Shown: piece after piece, positions 10,949-22,285 of the stretch | How the letters are laid out: each line of letters begins with the position of its first letter | Numbering within the stretch: the stretch's first letter is position 1 | DNA from: Deferribacterales bacterium | GTDB taxonomy: Bacteria > Chrysiogenota > Deferribacteres > Deferribacterales > Geovibrionaceae | Assembly (NCBI GenBank): GCA_050251875.1 | Contig: JBFWMA010000002.1 | Location: forward strand, 224,001-288,000 | Direction of reading: 5' to 3' | DNA length: 64,000 nucleotides | The notes under the pieces: model-generated | Seen by the model: the letters and a program-made list of their open reading frames with translations, nothing else | What the model was told of the DNA's origin: nothing | Database searches by the model: none | Made by a program: the position numbers and the translations under genes

Positions 10949-11927
10949 TTTTGATATCAAGCAGGTAAACTCGCCTTTCGAGGATACCGCTTTTCTGGTG
11001 CGCAATACTTATAAGACCGAGTCGATGCTTTTTGACTGCGGGCGGATAGGCGCATTGAGCAATTCAGAAGTTTTATCTATTTCAGAGATATTTATAAGCC
11101 ACACTCACATAGATCACTTTTACGGATTCGACAGAATTCTGAGAGGGACTCTCCTCTCCGGCAAGAAATTCCGGGTGTTCGGTCCTCCAGGGATCATAAA
11201 GAACGTCCGGGGCAAGATCGATTCATACACATGGAACCTGATAAAGAGCTATCCCGTGAGCTATGAGGTGATAGAGCTGAACGACAGCAAGAAGGAATAC
11301 CGCACGGCATCGTTTTCGGCTTTTGACGGATTCGATCAGGTGGACGGTTCCATACTCCACGATGACATTCTGCTGGGTGACGGGTTCAGGCTGGATTTCG
11401 AGCTTTTCGACCACAGGGTGCCGTCAGTGGGCTATCGTGTTACAGAGAAAGAGATGGTGGCGGTGAACAAAACAGCGCTGACAGACAGCGGATATGTCTC
11501 CGGCAAATGGCTGGGCGAGCTGAAGAACAGGATTCTGTCAGACGACATGGACAGTCTGATAGAGGCTGAAATGAAAGACGGCGTGAAAGAGGTGAAGGTA
11601 TCTCAGGCGGCTTCTGCCTTTATAGAATATGTCAGACCCCAGTCTGTTACATTTATCACCGATATTGCTCCCAGTCTGGAAAACTGCCGGAAAGCCGTAC
11701 AGCTTGCGAAAGATACTGATGTTCTTCTGATAGAAGGCGTTTTTCTGAAAGAGGACGTGGCGCACGCCAACCGAAAAAAACACCTGACGCTCGATCTGTC
11801 CAAATATATCTTCAGGGAATCCGGAGCGAAAAAAGCTCGTTTCTTTCACTTCGCCCCCAGATATGACGCCGACAGAAGAGCTTTTTACGATAGATTATAC
11901 GATGGCATGGACGGGCTGATTTACTGA
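10938..11927 (+). CDS. Ribonuclease Z-like metallo-beta-lactamase fold protein
   Basis: LFDCG, SHTHIDH, DH, TD, HLT and FHF.PRY motifs. Confidence 0.8.
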   Translation: MKCNFDIKQVNSPFEDTAFLVRNTYKTESMLFDCGRIGALSNSEVLSISEIFISHTHIDHFYGFDRILRGTLLSGKKFRVFGPPGIIKNVRGKIDSYTWNLIKSYPVSYEVIELNDSKKEYRTASFSAFDGFDQVDGSILHDDILLGDGFRLDFELFDHRVPSVGYRVTEKEMVAVNKTALTDSGYVSGKWLGELKNRILSDDMDSLIEAEMKDGVKEVKVSQAASAFIEYVRPQSVTFITDIAPSLENCRKAVQLAKDTDVLLIEGVFLKEDVAHANRKKHLTLDLSKYIFRESGAKKARFFHFAPRYDADRRAFYDRLYDGMDGLIY

Positions 11928-12763
11928 TGATAAGAGAGCTGAAGCCTTTTATGGATCTGACGGATGTGGAGGATATCGAACTCGCCGAGCTTGATTTCAA
12001 GCGGGCTGAGTCGGAGTCCGTGACACATCAGGACAACTATCCCTCCTTTCACAAGGCAGGTGATATCGGCGTTCTTCTGGTTCATGGGTTCACGGCGAGC
12101 CCGCTGGAGATGAAACCTCTGGCGGATTATCTGGAGAGTCTCGGTTTTTCGGTTTATAACGCCCGAATAGTCGGTCACGGATCAGACTATAAATACATAA
12201 ACATGACGGATTACGGCGACTGGTACGACTCTGTGAAATACGGATTTTTCACGCTGAAGCGCAACTGTAAGAAAATCTTTGTGATAGGCGAGTCCATGGG
12301 CGGGCTGGTCTCTCTGATGACGGCGCACCTGAACGGAGCGGCGGGGGCTGTGCTTCTGGCTCCCTGCATACGCATCAAGGCGCCTCTGGCTAACCTGACT
12401 CCCTACATCTCAGGAATCCTGCCGAAACTGCCTAAGCTGGGCTTCGACATGCAGTATGCCGATATATATTACAACAACTGGCCCATGGTTGGCGTTGGCG
12501 AGCTCTATCATTTTACTGTGTACGTTCAGAAGGTGATGCGGGATTTCAGCATGCCTCTGCTGGGGTTTCAGTTCCCGGGTGATGTGGTGGTGAACGCAAA
12601 AGCCACAAAAGAATTTTTTGAAAATGTGCCCTCTGTGGATAAAACATACAGACAATTTCCTAAGGGAGACGGGCAAACTCATATATTGACATCGCATTTC
12701 AATCAGTATAGAGATGAAATGTTCAAAGAAATCGCCGAATGGATGCGAAAAAGGGGAATATGA
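11927..12763 (+). CDS. Alpha/beta hydrolase (carboxylesterase)
   Basis: LVHGFTASP, GESMGG nucleophile elbow, C-terminal Asp/His. Confidence 0.88.
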   Translation: MIRELKPFMDLTDVEDIELAELDFKRAESESVTHQDNYPSFHKAGDIGVLLVHGFTASPLEMKPLADYLESLGFSVYNARIVGHGSDYKYINMTDYGDWYDSVKYGFFTLKRNCKKIFVIGESMGGLVSLMTAHLNGAAGAVLLAPCIRIKAPLANLTPYISGILPKLPKLGFDMQYADIYYNNWPMVGVGELYHFTVYVQKVMRDFSMPLLGFQFPGDVVVNAKATKEFFENVPSVDKTYRQFPKGDGQTHILTSHFNQYRDEMFKEIAEWMRKRGI

Positions 12764-13572
12764 TGATAAAAAACTGCCGGATTGGGTTCATTGGCGCCGG
12801 AAATATGGCGGAAGCCATAGTAAAAGGACTGACATCAGGCTCTGAAAAACCTCAGATAGCCGTCAGCGACATGAGCGTGGAAAGGCTGGAACTCTTTAAA
12901 ACATCATATAAAGCGGATGTGACAAAAGACAACCTGAAGGTTGCCGGTTTTGCCGATATACTGGTTCTGGCTGTGAAACCGCAGGTTATGCCGATGGTTC
13001 TCGATCAGATAAAAGACAGCGTTAATAACAAACTGGTGGTCTCCATAGCGGCGGGCATCAGAACAGACGCCATAGAATATATTCTGGGGTCAGACACGAA
13101 AGTCGTGCGTGTTATGCCCAATACGCCTTCTCTGGTTCTGGAGGGAGCTGCGGCTATATGCGGCGGAACATCGGCGGAAGAAGCCGATCTGGCTCTGGTG
13201 CGTGAGATGCTCTCAGCCGTGGGCGTGTGCATAGTGACAGACGAATCAAAGATGGACGCCGTAACCGGGCTTTCCGGAAGCGGACCCGCATACGTTTATC
13301 AGTTTATCGAGGCGCTCAGCGATGCCGGTGTCAAGATGGGGCTGACCAGAGCTGACGCCGTAAAACTGGCGGCACAGACAGTGCTGGGCTCCGCTAAGAT
13401 GGTTCTGGAGACCGGAAAACACCCCGGCGAGCTGAAAGACGCCGTGACATCCCCCGGCGGAACGACCATATGCGGTCTGCACGAGCTGGAGAAGGGCGGT
13501 CTGCGCTCCACAGTGATGAACGCCGTTGAGGCGGCTTCTAAAAAATCTGAAGAGCTGGGAAAGAAGAAATAG
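12760..13572 (+). CDS. proC: Pyrroline-5-carboxylate reductase
   Basis: GAGNMA, AVKPQ, RVMPNTP, SGSGPAY, VTSPGGTT; ATGA overlap with the upstream stop. Confidence 0.96.
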   Translation: MMIKNCRIGFIGAGNMAEAIVKGLTSGSEKPQIAVSDMSVERLELFKTSYKADVTKDNLKVAGFADILVLAVKPQVMPMVLDQIKDSVNNKLVVSIAAGIRTDAIEYILGSDTKVVRVMPNTPSLVLEGAAAICGGTSAEEADLALVREMLSAVGVCIVTDESKMDAVTGLSGSGPAYVYQFIEALSDAGVKMGLTRADAVKLAAQTVLGSAKMVLETGKHPGELKDAVTSPGGTTICGLHELEKGGLRSTVMNAVEAASKKSEELGKKK

Positions 13573-13671
13573 TAAAGTATTTGTGCAAAAAATTCTCACC
13601 GTTGTAAACATTTTGCATGCTTAATATATGTTAAGTAATTGATGATATGATATTTTATACTGATAAAATAA

Positions 13672-13686
13672 TGGCACGGCTATTGC
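13672..13686 (+). promoter_or_regulatory. Sigma54 -24/-12 promoter
   Basis: TGGCAC-GGCTA-TTGC matches TGGCAC-N5-TTGC exactly; 24 nt upstream of an ATG with a GGAGG RBS. Confidence 0.8.
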
Positions 13687-13710
13687 GTTAATCTTCTCAG
13701 GAGGAAACAA

Positions 13711-14001
13711 ATGAGAAAGTTCAAACCCACAGTCTCTGTTATTTTACTGGTTCTGTTTCTGATATCCGCCGTGAGCGGACTGGTGATGTTCTTTATGCCT
13801 CACCATCCCAGACCCGAAGCTGTCCAGACGGCAGGAGCCGTTGCTCAGGCGGTGAAAGATACCGCCCGTGAAGGCGGCAGGTCGATAGTGTTTTATATCA
13901 AGAACGCCCATGAATATCTTTCGGTTATTATGGCGTTTACCGCGATACTGCACATCATGCTCAACTGGAGCAGTCTGAAAAGCTATATCATCAGAAGATA
14001 A
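13711..14001 (+). CDS. Small membrane protein, DUF4405-like
   Basis: Two TM helices, SG motif, H...H..LNW pattern; GGAGG RBS. Confidence 0.75.
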   Translation: MRKFKPTVSVILLVLFLISAVSGLVMFFMPHHPRPEAVQTAGAVAQAVKDTAREGGRSIVFYIKNAHEYLSVIMAFTAILHIMLNWSSLKSYIIRR

Positions 14002-14006
14002 TAAAA

Positions 14007-14028
14007 AAGGCGGTCATTTGACCGCCTT
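14007..14028. terminator. Intrinsic terminator hairpin between convergent genes
   Basis: AAGGCGGTCATTTGACCGCCTT preceded by an A-run (the U-tract for leuB on the minus strand). Confidence 0.8.
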
Positions 14029-14034
14029 ATCAGT

Positions 14035-15123
<1,089 letters not shown>

Positions 15124-15188
15124 TTAAATTTATTAGCTCAAAAAATATATACTAACAGTTTGGTAAAGTCAAACTGTATAATGTTCAA

Positions 15189-16277
15189 TTACATTGAATG
15201 TTCTTTTCTGTATATCAGGTATGCCGACACCATGGCGAATACGATTATAGGCAGAAAAGCGCCGAAAAATGGCGAGAGAACACCGTTTTTGCCCAGAGAA
15301 AGGCAGGACGAAACCAGCATCCAGTAAGCAAAACCGGCAGAGACAGTCACCGCCGCCACTTTGATGTGGGAATAGTTTCTGTTGAAGTTGATAGTCAGAG
15401 GGAAGATCGTCATGATTATAACTATAACATTCAGCGAGTGGGCAAATATTTTATATATCTGCATGGTGTATTTGCTGGTGTTCACCTTCTGTTCCTGCAT
15501 GACCTCTCTCACCTTATAGATGTCTGATATGGATACATATCTGGGTTTCAGAAAGGGCATTTCGGACAGTTCGTCAAAAATAGGTTTATCCGCCAGAATG
15601 TTCCATCTGCCGTAAGTTTTTTTCGGGATGGGCTGCATGGAATATTTCTTCTGATTGTGCAGAAGCCAGCCTTTGTCACGTTTTTTCGCTGAATTGTATG
15701 TTTCAATGGACTGCACCTGAAGGTCTTTGTCCAGCATAAATTCCGTAACATAGTGAAATTCCATCTTCTCCGGATCCACAACACGGATGTGGATGAATTT
15801 ATTCTCTTTCATTTTCAGCCAGATGTCGGTGAGCGTGGGGCGCACGTCCATCTGTTTTTTGAAAATGTGCTCAGAGGCGAATTTTTCACGGAGATACATC
15901 ACCTTCGGGTTGATGCTGTTCGCTGTGAAGAGCAGAAGCGCCGCCACCGCCACTCCGCAGTATATGAAGGGAAACGCCAGATTGCGTATTTTGCCCCCCA
16001 GAGAGACGTAAGCGGTAAGCTCGTTGTGCTTTATCAGGGTTATCATCACCAGCAGAGTGGAGAAAACAATGGACAGAGGCACGCTGGAATATATCAGGAA
16101 AGGAACTTTCATCAGATTGTATATGACGACATCTTTTATGGACGCGTCATATTTTTCCGCCAGCCCTGTCTGTGACGCCGCCTCCGCCAGCAGAGAAACG
16201 ATAGTAACCAAAAGCTGAACGGCGATGGAATATTTCAGAAACAGCAGCATTACATATTTGTTGAATTTGGAGATCAT
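15189..16277 (-). CDS. lptG: LPS export ABC transporter permease LptG (LptF/G family)
   Basis: 3+3 TM layout, NEL.A....G motif, G.LSP..GA.LP; downstream of lptF. Confidence 0.75.
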   Translation of the reverse strand: MISKFNKYVMLLFLKYSIAVQLLVTIVSLLAEAASQTGLAEKYDASIKDVVIYNLMKVPFLIYSSVPLSIVFSTLLVMITLIKHNELTAYVSLGGKIRNLAFPFIYCGVAVAALLLFTANSINPKVMYLREKFASEHIFKKQMDVRPTLTDIWLKMKENKFIHIRVVDPEKMEFHYVTEFMLDKDLQVQSIETYNSAKKRDKGWLLHNQKKYSMQPIPKKTYGRWNILADKPIFDELSEMPFLKPRYVSISDIYKVREVMQEQKVNTSKYTMQIYKIFAHSLNVIVIIMTIFPLTINFNRNYSHIKVAAVTVSAGFAYWMLVSSCLSLGKNGVLSPFFGAFLPIIVFAMVSAYLIYRKEHSM

Positions 16278-17326
16278 AATGCTCTCCTGTAGCTGACCAC
16301 GCTGACGACAGCAAAGATCACGTTAGGCACCCATGCCGCTGAAAACGGCTCTACAGCGCCTGATTTCGCATAGTTTTCAGCTATCATGAAGAGAGTGTTG
16401 TAAACAGCCACCACTATTATGGTGCTGGGGATAGCCAGCGACTTTCCGCTGCGGTGGAAATACATGCCCACGCTGGCGCCGAACACACAGAGTATGACAG
16501 CGGCGAACGGCATGGAAAATCTTTTCGAAAACTCGAATTTATAGATCGGGTTCGTTGTAAAATTACTGATGAGTTCTCCGGCGGGCATCAGCCTTTCTGT
16601 ATTCAGATTCACTCCCGGAGAGCCCAGAATGGGGACGTTGATGGCAAAAGTGTTGAAATTAATCTTGGAGTGTTTGCCGTCCTCACGGATAGTCAGAACG
16701 CTTCCGTCCTTAAGCTGGAACAGCAGACTGTAATCACCTGTGGGGGTGATCTCCGCTGATTTCGCCGTAATGACGGAATTTTCCTCTTTTTCTATTATCA
16801 TCAGGTTTTCATATTTTATATCGCTTATCTTTTTGTCGGCGTAAAAGACGAAGCCGTCCAGTTCCTCATATATCTCTTTCTCTTTGATATCCTTCACAGA
16901 GACCAGTTTTGACATGCTGATAAGGTTCTGCGCCGCGTGAAAACTGCCCGCAGGCATCAGCCAGATGCTCATGACAACACCGAAAACGAAGACAAACACG
17001 GCGAAGATCATTGTCGGTTTCAGAAAGAATCGTTTTCCGGCTCCCGCCGCTCTCATGGCGATAATCTCGCTGTCGGATGACATGCGCCCGAAAACGAACG
17101 TGGTCGCCAGCAGAGCCGATGTGGGGATGGTGATAACGAGAAAAGAGGGCAGATAGAATATGATTGTCTGGATGATAAGCCATCCGGGGATTCCTTTGGT
17201 AAAGAAAAGATCGGACAGCGACATCAGCTTGTCCAGAAGCAGAATGGCGATGAACGAAATATTTCCCATCAGAAAGACGGGAATCAGTTCTTTTATTATA
17301 TATTTATGAATCAGTTTCAGCTTCAC
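16274..17326 (-). CDS. lptF: LPS export ABC transporter permease LptF (LptF/G family)
   Basis: YI.KE..P.F, GRMSSDSEIIAMRAAG, AAWVPN. Confidence 0.82.
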   Translation of the reverse strand: MKLKLIHKYIIKELIPVFLMGNISFIAILLLDKLMSLSDLFFTKGIPGWLIIQTIIFYLPSFLVITIPTSALLATTFVFGRMSSDSEIIAMRAAGAGKRFFLKPTMIFAVFVFVFGVVMSIWLMPAGSFHAAQNLISMSKLVSVKDIKEKEIYEELDGFVFYADKKISDIKYENLMIIEKEENSVITAKSAEITPTGDYSLLFQLKDGSVLTIREDGKHSKINFNTFAINVPILGSPGVNLNTERLMPAGELISNFTTNPIYKFEFSKRFSMPFAAVILCVFGASVGMYFHRSGKSLAIPSTIIVVAVYNTLFMIAENYAKSGAVEPFSAAWVPNVIFAVVSVVSYRRAL

Positions 17327-17600
17327 TATACAGCCTTATTACCGGTGTCTCTTTTTTCATGGTGATCTCATCGATCCTGACAATGTAGTTTAAGGGGATA
17401 AACGACCTTTCAACGTTTTTAAAATTTTCTTTCAGCTTGCCGTCATCCGGAGAGATGATAATCTCGGATTTGTCGATGAAAACAATGTCCGAAATCTCTA
17501 TCAGACCTAAGAATGAAGATGGGTTAACATAGCTTGCGTGCAGTGTCTGGGTCTTCTTATCCTCATCTATGAAGATGATCTTGTACAGCTTTTTGTTCAC
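17304..17600 (-). CDS. Conserved small protein (DUF1820-like)
   Basis: LYKI.F...LGLIEI....F...SFIP...IVRIDEI pattern; coupled to lptF. Confidence 0.6.
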   Translation of the reverse strand: MNKKLYKIIFIDEDKKTQTLHASYVNPSSFLGLIEISDIVFIDKSEIIISPDDGKLKENFKNVERSFIPLNYIVRIDEITMKKETPVIRLYSEAETDS

Positions 17601-17992
17601 CTGTTTTTGCCGCCTTTGTAATAATAAAATTTTATATTTGAATTGGGTGAGAAAGAGTCGAAGAGAATGTTAACAAAGCTGATGAGCAGAGAACCGAAGA
17701 ATGCCGCCCAGAAGCCGTTCACAGTGAAAGACGGCATAAAGTGGGCGGTGAGCCCCAGAAGCAGGGCGTTGACTATCAGATAGCCTATGCCGAGACTGAG
17801 AATCTGAAAAGGAAGTGTCAGAAAAAGGAGTATCGGACGCAGAAACGTCTGAAAGAACGTGAGAATAAGCGCGGAAGCCGCCAGGGCGGAGAAAGAATCC
17901 GCATGTATATTGTCAAAAATAAGGGCGGCAGCCCCCAGTCCGATAAGGTTGACACAAATTCTGTAAAGTATATACTGAAACCTGAACATCAT
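17597..17992 (-). CDS. YvlD-like 4-TM membrane protein ('phage holin family IV' annotation class)
   Basis: LRPIL.FLTLP, IVNALLL, V.GFWAAF.GSL.IS motifs. Confidence 0.8.
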   Translation of the reverse strand: MMFRFQYILYRICVNLIGLGAAALIFDNIHADSFSALAASALILTFFQTFLRPILLFLTLPFQILSLGIGYLIVNALLLGLTAHFMPSFTVNGFWAAFFGSLLISFVNILFDSFSPNSNIKFYYYKGGKNR

Positions 17993-18035
17993 TGTTAATA
18001 TTATAACGTTAAAACGATTATAACAAGGAGTTTTT

Positions 18036-18869
18036 ATGATAGATATGCACTGCCATTCAGTATATTCGGACGGGACATTCACTCCCGCTAAACTGCTGGA
18101 GCTGGCAGAAAAAGTCGGGGTGGAGGCTCTTGCTCTGACCGATCACGACACTGTTGACGGGCTGGATGATTTTTTCTCGCACACTACAAAAGTTGAGAGA
18201 GTGGCGGGAACGGAGATCAGCATAGATTATGACAAGGGTACATTTCACCTTGTGGGGCTTTTTATGGATCACAAGGAAAAGAACCTGAACGATATTCTGG
18301 ACGGGCTGAAACACGCCAGAAGAACCAGAAATGAAAAGATAGTGAAGTCTGTCAGCGCTCTGCTGGGACGTGAAGTTTCGCTGGACGACATATCAGACGG
18401 CAACATGGGAGAGCTGGGCAGACCGCATATAGCCAAATATCTGATAAAACAGAAGGTAGTCTCCAATATGCAGGAGGCTTTTGATAAATATCTCGGCAAG
18501 GGACAGCCTCTTTACGCTGACAAAGCCAGGCTCGGTTTTGAAAAAGCGGCGGAGATGATCCACGGAGCGGGCGGAATAGCTGTTCTGGCGCACCCTGTCA
18601 GCCTGAAACTGACGGATGATGAGATGCTGCCTTTTCTGAAAGACTGCAAGGACAAAGGTCTAGATGCCATAGAGGTTTACTGCTCTGAGGTTCTGCCGGA
18701 GAGACAGCCTTTTTTCAAAAACATTGCCGATTCTCTGGGGCTCGGGATATCCGCCGGAAGCGACTTTCACGGTGACAACAAGCTGAAGATAGGTCTGGGC
18801 ACAGGATCAGGGCATCTGAACACGCCTTATTCCGTTTTTGAGAAACTTAAAGAACTTGCCTATAAATGA
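18036..18869 (+). CDS. PHP domain phosphoesterase (TrpH/YciV-like)
   Basis: DMHCHS.YSDG, TDHD, GRPHIA, AHP, GSDFHG. Confidence 0.92.
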   Translation: MIDMHCHSVYSDGTFTPAKLLELAEKVGVEALALTDHDTVDGLDDFFSHTTKVERVAGTEISIDYDKGTFHLVGLFMDHKEKNLNDILDGLKHARRTRNEKIVKSVSALLGREVSLDDISDGNMGELGRPHIAKYLIKQKVVSNMQEAFDKYLGKGQPLYADKARLGFEKAAEMIHGAGGIAVLAHPVSLKLTDDEMLPFLKDCKDKGLDAIEVYCSEVLPERQPFFKNIADSLGLGISAGSDFHGDNKLKIGLGTGSGHLNTPYSVFEKLKELAYK

Positions 18870-19474
18870 TCGAATATCTCTTTGTGGTGTGTGATTACGG
18901 TGCTGTCTTCCAGCCTGTTTTCATACGCCAGAAAGGGCACATCGGCTGATTTAGCCGCCATATAGTCCGTCATGGAATCGCCTATGAAAAGGAGCGATTC
19001 TTTCTTCTCTTTGAACTGCGACATAATCTTGTATAACCCCTCCGGATCTGGCTTAGGTTTTGCTACATCCATACATGTAACAGTGTATGAGAAATAATTT
19101 CCCATACCGAAATGTTCCAGAAGGTAACCCAGAGATATGCCTCTGTTTGTGAAAACGGCAAGGCTGCGACCCTGTTCTATGAGTGTTTCGAGAGTGCTGT
19201 GGATGCCCGGTTTGGGCTCCATCAGGTGGATGAACTGCTTAAAGTTCATCTTCATGGCAAACTCAAGCATCTCCCCGATCAGGGCATCGTCTTTGACAAA
19301 GTGACGTACGATGACTTCGTTCGTGCCCATCATGGCGAGAGCGAGCATGGAAGAATTTTCCCAGTCGATCTTCGTTACGCCGAATTTTTCGAAGACGAAA
19401 TCATAATATCCCTTTACCGCCTCTGTGCTGTTAAAGAGGACTCCGTCGCAGTCATAAACTATAATTTTTCGCAT
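18860..19474 (-). CDS. HAD family hydrolase (phosphoglycolate phosphatase-like)
   Basis: DCDGVL, TN, KP.PEG, IGDS..D motifs. Confidence 0.9.
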   Translation of the reverse strand: MRKIIVYDCDGVLFNSTEAVKGYYDFVFEKFGVTKIDWENSSMLALAMMGTNEVIVRHFVKDDALIGEMLEFAMKMNFKQFIHLMEPKPGIHSTLETLIEQGRSLAVFTNRGISLGYLLEHFGMGNYFSYTVTCMDVAKPKPDPEGLYKIMSQFKEKKESLLFIGDSMTDYMAAKSADVPFLAYENRLEDSTVITHHKEIFDHL

Positions 19475-19517
19475 TCAGAGGTTGTAATACATTTTTCGGC
19501 GCAGGGCAAATTGTTTC

Positions 19518-19544
19518 TAAAGATTAAAGAATATGTGCCGATTA
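19518..19544 (+). promoter_or_regulatory. Sigma28 (FliA) promoter of fliD
   Basis: TAAA-N15-GCCGATTA against consensus TAAA-N15-GCCGATAA, directly upstream of fliD. Confidence 0.82.
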
Positions 19545-19571
19545 CACTGATAACCATAGGAGGATGATCTC

Positions 19572-22262
19572 ATGGCCGGGATACAGGTTGGAGGTATTGT
19601 TTCAGGGCTTGATACCAACGCTCTCGTTGAACAGCTCACTGAATCAGCGAATATTGCCGTTGAAAGATTGAATGGCGATTATTCATTCAAATCATTGGAA
19701 TATAACCTCTACGATGACATGAATGACATGTGTTCGAATCTTTCGACTGATCTGCTCAGTCTCAGGCTGTCATCCACCTATCTGACTAAGCAGACATCTT
19801 CCACCAACGAAGGTGTGGGAACAGCAACCGCCACCACAGACGCGGATATCGGTTCTTTCTCGCTGAAAGTTCTTCAGACCGCCAGAAACTCCGAGGCTAC
19901 CAGCAACTTTACAAAAGTTGATATGGTTACGAGCGGCGCCAATGTCGCCGATATCTCCGGATATGCCAACGAATCTCTGGAGGGCAGACACACCACTACC
20001 ATCTATACCACCGGAGCTTCTCAATACCTTTCCATAGACGTTTTCGAAGTGCAGAACATAGGCACAATGACTAAACAGGTGGGTGACGCTTATTCCAATG
20101 TCGATTCCAGCGGGAATCTGGTCGCGGATGTGAGCGGTTCGCTTAAGTTTTCATACACAGACGCTGACGGCAACGCCCAGACACTTACTATATCCGGTAC
20201 ATACGGTACGGCGGGGCAGGATATCAACACCGTGTCCACCACCATTCAGGATACGCTGAACGGCGCCCTTAACTCCACTCTGGGGACAAACGATGTAACC
20301 TATGCCGCCGTGAGGGCGGATTATGATAAAGACGCCGGAACATGGAGCTTTGCTCTGTATGAAACCACAATCACCGACTATAACATAGCCATAGCGGGCG
20401 ATGACGCCGGCACGCTTTCTGACGAGCTTGGTTTTTCCGAGCTGTCTGCTCCCACTGTCTCCACAGAGACCACTATAAAAAAATATCATCTGGCGGATGA
20501 CGCCGCCGCTCTTCAGAATAAACTTGCCAGCTCGGTCGCCGGACTTATCCCCGGAGCGAGCCTGAGCATCTCTGCCACTATTGAGCCAGGAAAGTTTGTT
20601 TATTCTCAGGATGCCAGTCTCAACATTTCATCGACCACAAAATCGACCTATGTTTCAGACTCTGTAACCACCGGAACTCTCGACACGGCTGTTGAGGGTT
20701 TGGAAAACGCCGGATTCACAGAAACGGCGGACACCAGCCTGAACGGAACTTTTACCATTAACGATGTCACCATCACTATAGATGATTATACCGCTCTGAG
20801 CGTTCAGGATGTTCTGGGTATCATCAACGCCTCCGGAGCGGGTGTTACCGCTTCTTATGACGCAACATATGAAAAATTTATCCTGACATCGAACACTGCC
20901 GGAGCGAAATCCATCTCTCTGGGCAGTTTTTCTGATACCAGTGATCTGCTCGATTTCTTCGGCTTTGGCGCCGGAGACGACACCGACTATACCATCGGTA
21001 CGACATCGGGCAGTATCTCCACTGATGTTAAGCTGAGCAACAGCGGTCTTACGACTTATCCGTCCACAGGCACTTTTACTATCAACGGTGTTTCCATCTA
21101 TGTGGATCCCACCGTTGACACTATGGAAGACCTGATAGAGAAAGTGAACAATTCCGGAGCCGGAGTCACCATGACCTATGACTCCACTTCCGATAAAATA
21201 TCTCTGAAGTCTGACGGCATCGAGCCCATCACCGTGGGATCGTCCACAGATACCAGCAATATTCTGGAAGCCTTCCACCTTACCAAAGATTCCACCGTGG
21301 AAACAACCATAGGAACAGAAGGGCAGAGGGCGATATTTCAGGTCAACGGTGATACATATATCAGAGATACCAACGAAGTGGACGATGTTCTGGCGGGTGT
21401 CACCATAACGCTGAACGCCGCCAGTGACGAGACCACCACAATCAAAGTGACCACCGACACATCAAAAGCGGTGGACGCTCTGGCTACCTTTATCATGCAC
21501 TATAACGAGCTGATGGAGAAGCTGAATGTTCCGGATAAAGAGGACAAGGAAGACGACTATACGGATTATCTTACCAGCAGTGATAAGGAAAGCATGAGTG
21601 ATGATGATATAGCCAAATATCAGGAATATTACGAACTATATAATGAATATGATATCATCAGGAGAAGTTCCGAGCTTAGAAACATGAGAACCACTATGAG
21701 GACAGCTGTGTTCGCCGAGCGGAGCGGAATAAACGGCTCTGTGAACGATATGTCAGACCTCGGGATAGAGGTTGCAGGCGCCGGAGACCTGGATACAGAA
21801 AATTACGGATATCTGGTTTCTCTCTCCACAGACCACGACACTCTGGTGGCTGCTCTGGAAGATAACGACACTCTGATGACTATGCTTACGGAAAATCCTA
21901 AAGATGTTTATAAATTTTTCTCGAATTTATCCGATTTAGATACTGATGATGCCGAAACAGACGCAGAAGCCGCCGCGATGGAAAAACAGATAGAGGCGGA
22001 GGCCGGCTGGGCACGGTATTTTGATGACTACGTCCTTGAGAGGTACACAGCCTATAACGGATTTATCGGCAGCAAGATAGGCTCCACCGGTACTATCCAG
22101 CGTGAGCTGGATAAACTGGAATCAAGGATCAGTACTCAGGAAGACAGGGTTGAGACCGAACTGGAAAGATACTGGGCTAAGTTCTCCGCAATGGAGCAGG
22201 CTATCGCCGAAGCCCAGAGCCAGGGCAACGCTCTCAGCTCGATTACCGGAAGCAGCGGCTAA
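19572..22262 (+). CDS. fliD: Flagellar filament cap protein FliD (large, 896 aa)
   Basis: N-terminal GIVSGLDT..LVEQL, N.V.DV.AGVTITL, C-terminal ERYWAKFSAMEQAI; followed by fliS. Confidence 0.92.
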   Translation: MAGIQVGGIVSGLDTNALVEQLTESANIAVERLNGDYSFKSLEYNLYDDMNDMCSNLSTDLLSLRLSSTYLTKQTSSTNEGVGTATATTDADIGSFSLKVLQTARNSEATSNFTKVDMVTSGANVADISGYANESLEGRHTTTIYTTGASQYLSIDVFEVQNIGTMTKQVGDAYSNVDSSGNLVADVSGSLKFSYTDADGNAQTLTISGTYGTAGQDINTVSTTIQDTLNGALNSTLGTNDVTYAAVRADYDKDAGTWSFALYETTITDYNIAIAGDDAGTLSDELGFSELSAPTVSTETTIKKYHLADDAAALQNKLASSVAGLIPGASLSISATIEPGKFVYSQDASLNISSTTKSTYVSDSVTTGTLDTAVEGLENAGFTETADTSLNGTFTINDVTITIDDYTALSVQDVLGIINASGAGVTASYDATYEKFILTSNTAGAKSISLGSFSDTSDLLDFFGFGAGDDTDYTIGTTSGSISTDVKLSNSGLTTYPSTGTFTINGVSIYVDPTVDTMEDLIEKVNNSGAGVTMTYDSTSDKISLKSDGIEPITVGSSTDTSNILEAFHLTKDSTVETTIGTEGQRAIFQVNGDTYIRDTNEVDDVLAGVTITLNAASDETTTIKVTTDTSKAVDALATFIMHYNELMEKLNVPDKEDKEDDYTDYLTSSDKESMSDDDIAKYQEYYELYNEYDIIRRSSELRNMRTTMRTAVFAERSGINGSVNDMSDLGIEVAGAGDLDTENYGYLVSLSTDHDTLVAALEDNDTLMTMLTENPKDVYKFFSNLSDLDTDDAETDAEAAAMEKQIEAEAGWARYFDDYVLERYTAYNGFIGSKIGSTGTIQRELDKLESRISTQEDRVETELERYWAKFSAMEQAIAEAQSQGNALSSITGSSG

Positions 22263-22285
22263 TTAATTAGGAGGTTTTCAGTATT

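Noticed and set aside
17597..17992. 'Phage holin' as evidence of a prophage
   Set aside because: YvlD-like family is common in chromosomes; it is coupled to lptFG and there are no phage genes nearby
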